Of a stretch of 64,000 bases of DNA, positions 61,873-64,000 are shown one piece after another (positions within the stretch are counted from its first letter, which is position 1; each line of letters opens with the position of its first letter). A program made the position numbers and the translations under genes. The notes under the pieces were generated by a model. The model saw only the letters and a program-made list of their open reading frames with translations, ran no database searches and was not told the origin of the DNA. This DNA is from an uncultured cyanobacterium. Its GTDB lineage: Bacteria; Cyanobacteriota; Cyanobacteriia; PCC-6307; Cyanobiaceae. Where the stretch lies: assembly GCA_963765575.1 (NCBI GenBank), contig CAVXWZ010000001.1:192001-256000 (forward strand). The letters are read 5' to 3'.

Positions 61873-62132
61873 CAGTAGCGGTTGAAGCTGTCGAAGTCGT
61901 AGGCCGTGACCAAGGCGCCGCCGCACTCGACGACGATCACGCCGCCCTTGTCCATGGCCCTGATCAGCTCCTTGCGCTCGCGATCAAGCGCCTCCAGGAC
62001 CGTGCGGATCTGCTTGCGACCCAGCACCAGCTTGTCCCCATGGGGGATGCCGTGCTGTTGCGCGAGCTCGACGGTGGCTTCGCGGATGCCGCGCTGGGAG
62101 ACCCGAGCGCCGTAGTGGTTGGTTTTGGCCAT
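61872..62132 (-). CDS. DUF4258-like small protein (86 aa)
   Basis: TNHYGARVSQRGI...VIVVE..ALVTAY; AGGAGG RBS; TGATG coupling to next gene. Confidence 0.75.
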   Translation of the reverse strand: MAKTNHYGARVSQRGIREATVELAQQHGIPHGDKLVLGRKQIRTVLEALDRERKELIRAMDKGGVIVVECGGALVTAYDFDSFNRY

Positions 62133-62156
62133 GCCCCTCCTGGGCTTGATATGCAG

Positions 62157-62213
62157 AGCATGGCAGGCAGCGAAGACCATGTCAAGTATCTGCAAACATG
62201 TCAGACACTGACA
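62157..62213 (-). promoter_or_regulatory. sigma70-type promoter with TGACA operator repeats
   Basis: TTGACA (62185-62180)-17 bp-CATGCT (62162-62157) preceded by TGn; TGACATG x2; TGTCAG-N3-CTGACA. Confidence 0.6.
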
Positions 62214-62479
62214 ACAATGGGTGGCACCGTTTAATGTTTGGCGGAGGGCTGCTTCCGGCTTTTGGAGGGCCTGGCGATCAACGCCCTGCTTGTGCCACTA
62301 GAAGGCGAGACCGCTCTCAAGCGGCCCAACTGCGATGTAGTCGCGCGGGCCTGAATCCAGAGGCCCATGGGGTGATGGGAGCTGTGCGCTGGATCAGCCC
62401 CAGTTGGCTGGCGAGCGCCACCTTGGCGCCGATGGAGCCCAACGGACGATCAGGAAGGAACAAACCATCGGCCACATGG

Positions 62480-63751
62480 CCCGCCCTCAGCTCGGCAAGC
62501 CCTGCCGCACATAAGCGCACCGGCCTTGGGAGCTTGCGCACGCGGCCCTGCTCAACCAAACGCAGGCACCAGCGCTTGACCTCGGCTTTGGAGAACATCG
62601 AGCTGACCTCTGCCAATGCGTCGAGGCTGCAGGGGCTGCTCCAGGCAGCGCAGCACCAGGTCGTCGACAAAGGTGGCCAGTCAGCGGCAGGGGCATGATC
62701 CGATGGCTGCTGGGTGGGGAGGTGGCTCTATGAGGGCCGGCTCCAGCAGGGATCCCTGCTCCATCTCCGCCGGCGCTGTGGCGGGGCAGGAGCTGTGGTT
62801 GAGCAGCTCCGTTTCGCGGAGCAGAGCCTGGAGGGCTTCGGGTGTCTCCGGGTTGGGCCACGGCCGGGCGCCGATCTCCGCCAAGGCGGCCAGGCCAGCG
62901 CCGCCGCGTGGATCGCTGAGCACATGCAGCGGGCAGAACTGCAGCTTCTGCAGCTGCTCCGTGGCGCCGGCCCAGGTGCCGCCTTCCCCCTTGGCGGAGC
63001 TCACCACCAAGGCGGCATCGGCCAAGGCATAGATCAGCTTGTTGCGGGCCATGGCGCGCCACACCAGGAAGCGGGCGCTGGGGGTATCGCTGGAGAGCAA
63101 CAACAGACGGCCTTCCACCAGGGCCTGGCGCCAGATGGGCCGGGCACTGACCTTCTCCAGGCTGTCGGCCACCACGCCAATGGCGTGGCCTCCAGCGGCA
63201 AGGCTGCCCAACATGGCGGTTTCATCGACACCCTTGGCGGCGCCGGAGGCGATCACAACACCGGCTGCAGCCGCCAGCGCGCCCACTGCCTCGGCCTGCC
63301 TGAGCAGCGGCTGCGGTGTGCTGCGCGATCCCACCACGGCCAGGGCGGGGGCGCTGAGCAACTCAAGGTTGCCGCAGGCATAGAGCAGTGGCGGAGCGGC
63401 GTGCTTGAGGCGCTGCTTGAACCGACGGGGGTAGGCGGAGTCGGCACGACCGACCACGCTGATCGAGCGGTTGGCCCAGTGCTCCACCGCCTGGCTGAGC
63501 TGAAAGCCACGGGAGAGAAGGCGGTCGAGGCGCTCCGCCGCAAATTCGCTCGACAGGGAGCCCAGCAGCGACTCGCGGGAGCCATTGATCAGATCAGAGG
63601 GTTGATGCTGCTTTTTGTGCAGGACTGCAGCCAGCTGGGCGTATTCCACCGCCGTGAGCACAGGATCCTTGCCACTGCCCTTGCCGCCCTCCTGCAGGAG
63701 CGGGGAGGTGAGCAGCAGCACGGCCTGGGTGTTGGCGGATGGGGCGGTCAT
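62480..63751 (-). CDS. DprA/Smf family protein (RqlI-like) with frameshifted C-terminal wHTH
   Basis: YPRRF, PPLLY, AVVGSR, SGAAKGVD, AMARN, GGTWAGA; tail VKRW..RLVEQGRVRK in another frame; 3' end approximate. Confidence 0.85.
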
Positions 63752-63772
63752 CAGGGCTGAGGGGGCAGGGGC

Positions 63773-64000
63773 TCAGTCGCCCTGACCGCTCTGGGCCAGG
63801 GCCAGGGGGAACACCGGGCCAGAGCCATGCTCGCGCAGCAGCCAGGCCGCCACGGTGAAGGTCCAGCGGGAATCGACCATGTCGTCGATCAGCAGGCAGG
63901 GGCCCGTGGGGATGGGCTCGCGCACGACCAGGCTGCCGTCGAGGTTGCGGGCCTGCTGGCTGCTGTTCGCCATGTCCTTCTGCTCAGCCGTGTCGCAGCA
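63773..64000 (-). CDS. C-terminal PRTase domain, probably of a RecQ-like helicase (RqlH-like); 5' part outside window
   Basis: EQKDMANSSQQARN, LLIDDMVDSRWT, VFPLALA; followed by DprA. Confidence 0.75.
   Translation of the reverse strand, partial: CCDTAEQKDMANSSQQARNLDGSLVVREPIPTGPCLLIDDMVDSRWTFTVAAWLLREHGSGPVFPLALAQSGQGD

Larger units (their letters stand above)
47733..64000 (-). mobile_element. defence / genomic island (boundaries undefined)
   Basis: ardC plus type I RM plus accessory defence genes; lower-GC patches; no integrase within window. Confidence 0.65.

Overview
High-GC picocyanobacterial DNA (Cyanobium/Synechococcus-like, inferred from chlNBL, a cyanobacterial AbrB, DUF3136 and frequent GCGATCGC). 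Bases 1-43.6 kb are mostly intact housekeeping and physiology genes: speD, ackA, sqr, pyrC, pyrF-E, RND efflux parts, three K+ channels, chlNBL, HD-GYP, a P3A-type H+-ATPase, SulP, two Fluc genes, two desaturases and a decaying Phd-VapC pair. Bases 43.7-47.5 kb hold a patch of small secreted-protein genes, including two tandem paralogs with a conserved C-terminal GPDGxGDFxPGG motif. Bases 47.7-64 kb form a minus-strand defence island: a RecQ-PRTase/DprA pair (RqlHI-like), then a ~13-kb translationally coupled operon (DUF4258-like small protein > degenerate MTase-TRD fusion > hsdM > hsdS > DUF262-HNH > DUF4062/zeta-toxin deletion fusion > 56-aa ORF > hsdR > YgjP/M48), then ardC behind a large branched hairpin. 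The best novel-system candidate is the DUF4258-like + pseudo-methyltransferase module heading the type I RM operon. Island genes carry many indels, probably mostly sequencing or polishing errors. No tRNA, rRNA, CRISPR array, integrase or transposase was seen. All domain calls come from motif recognition by eye, without database searches.
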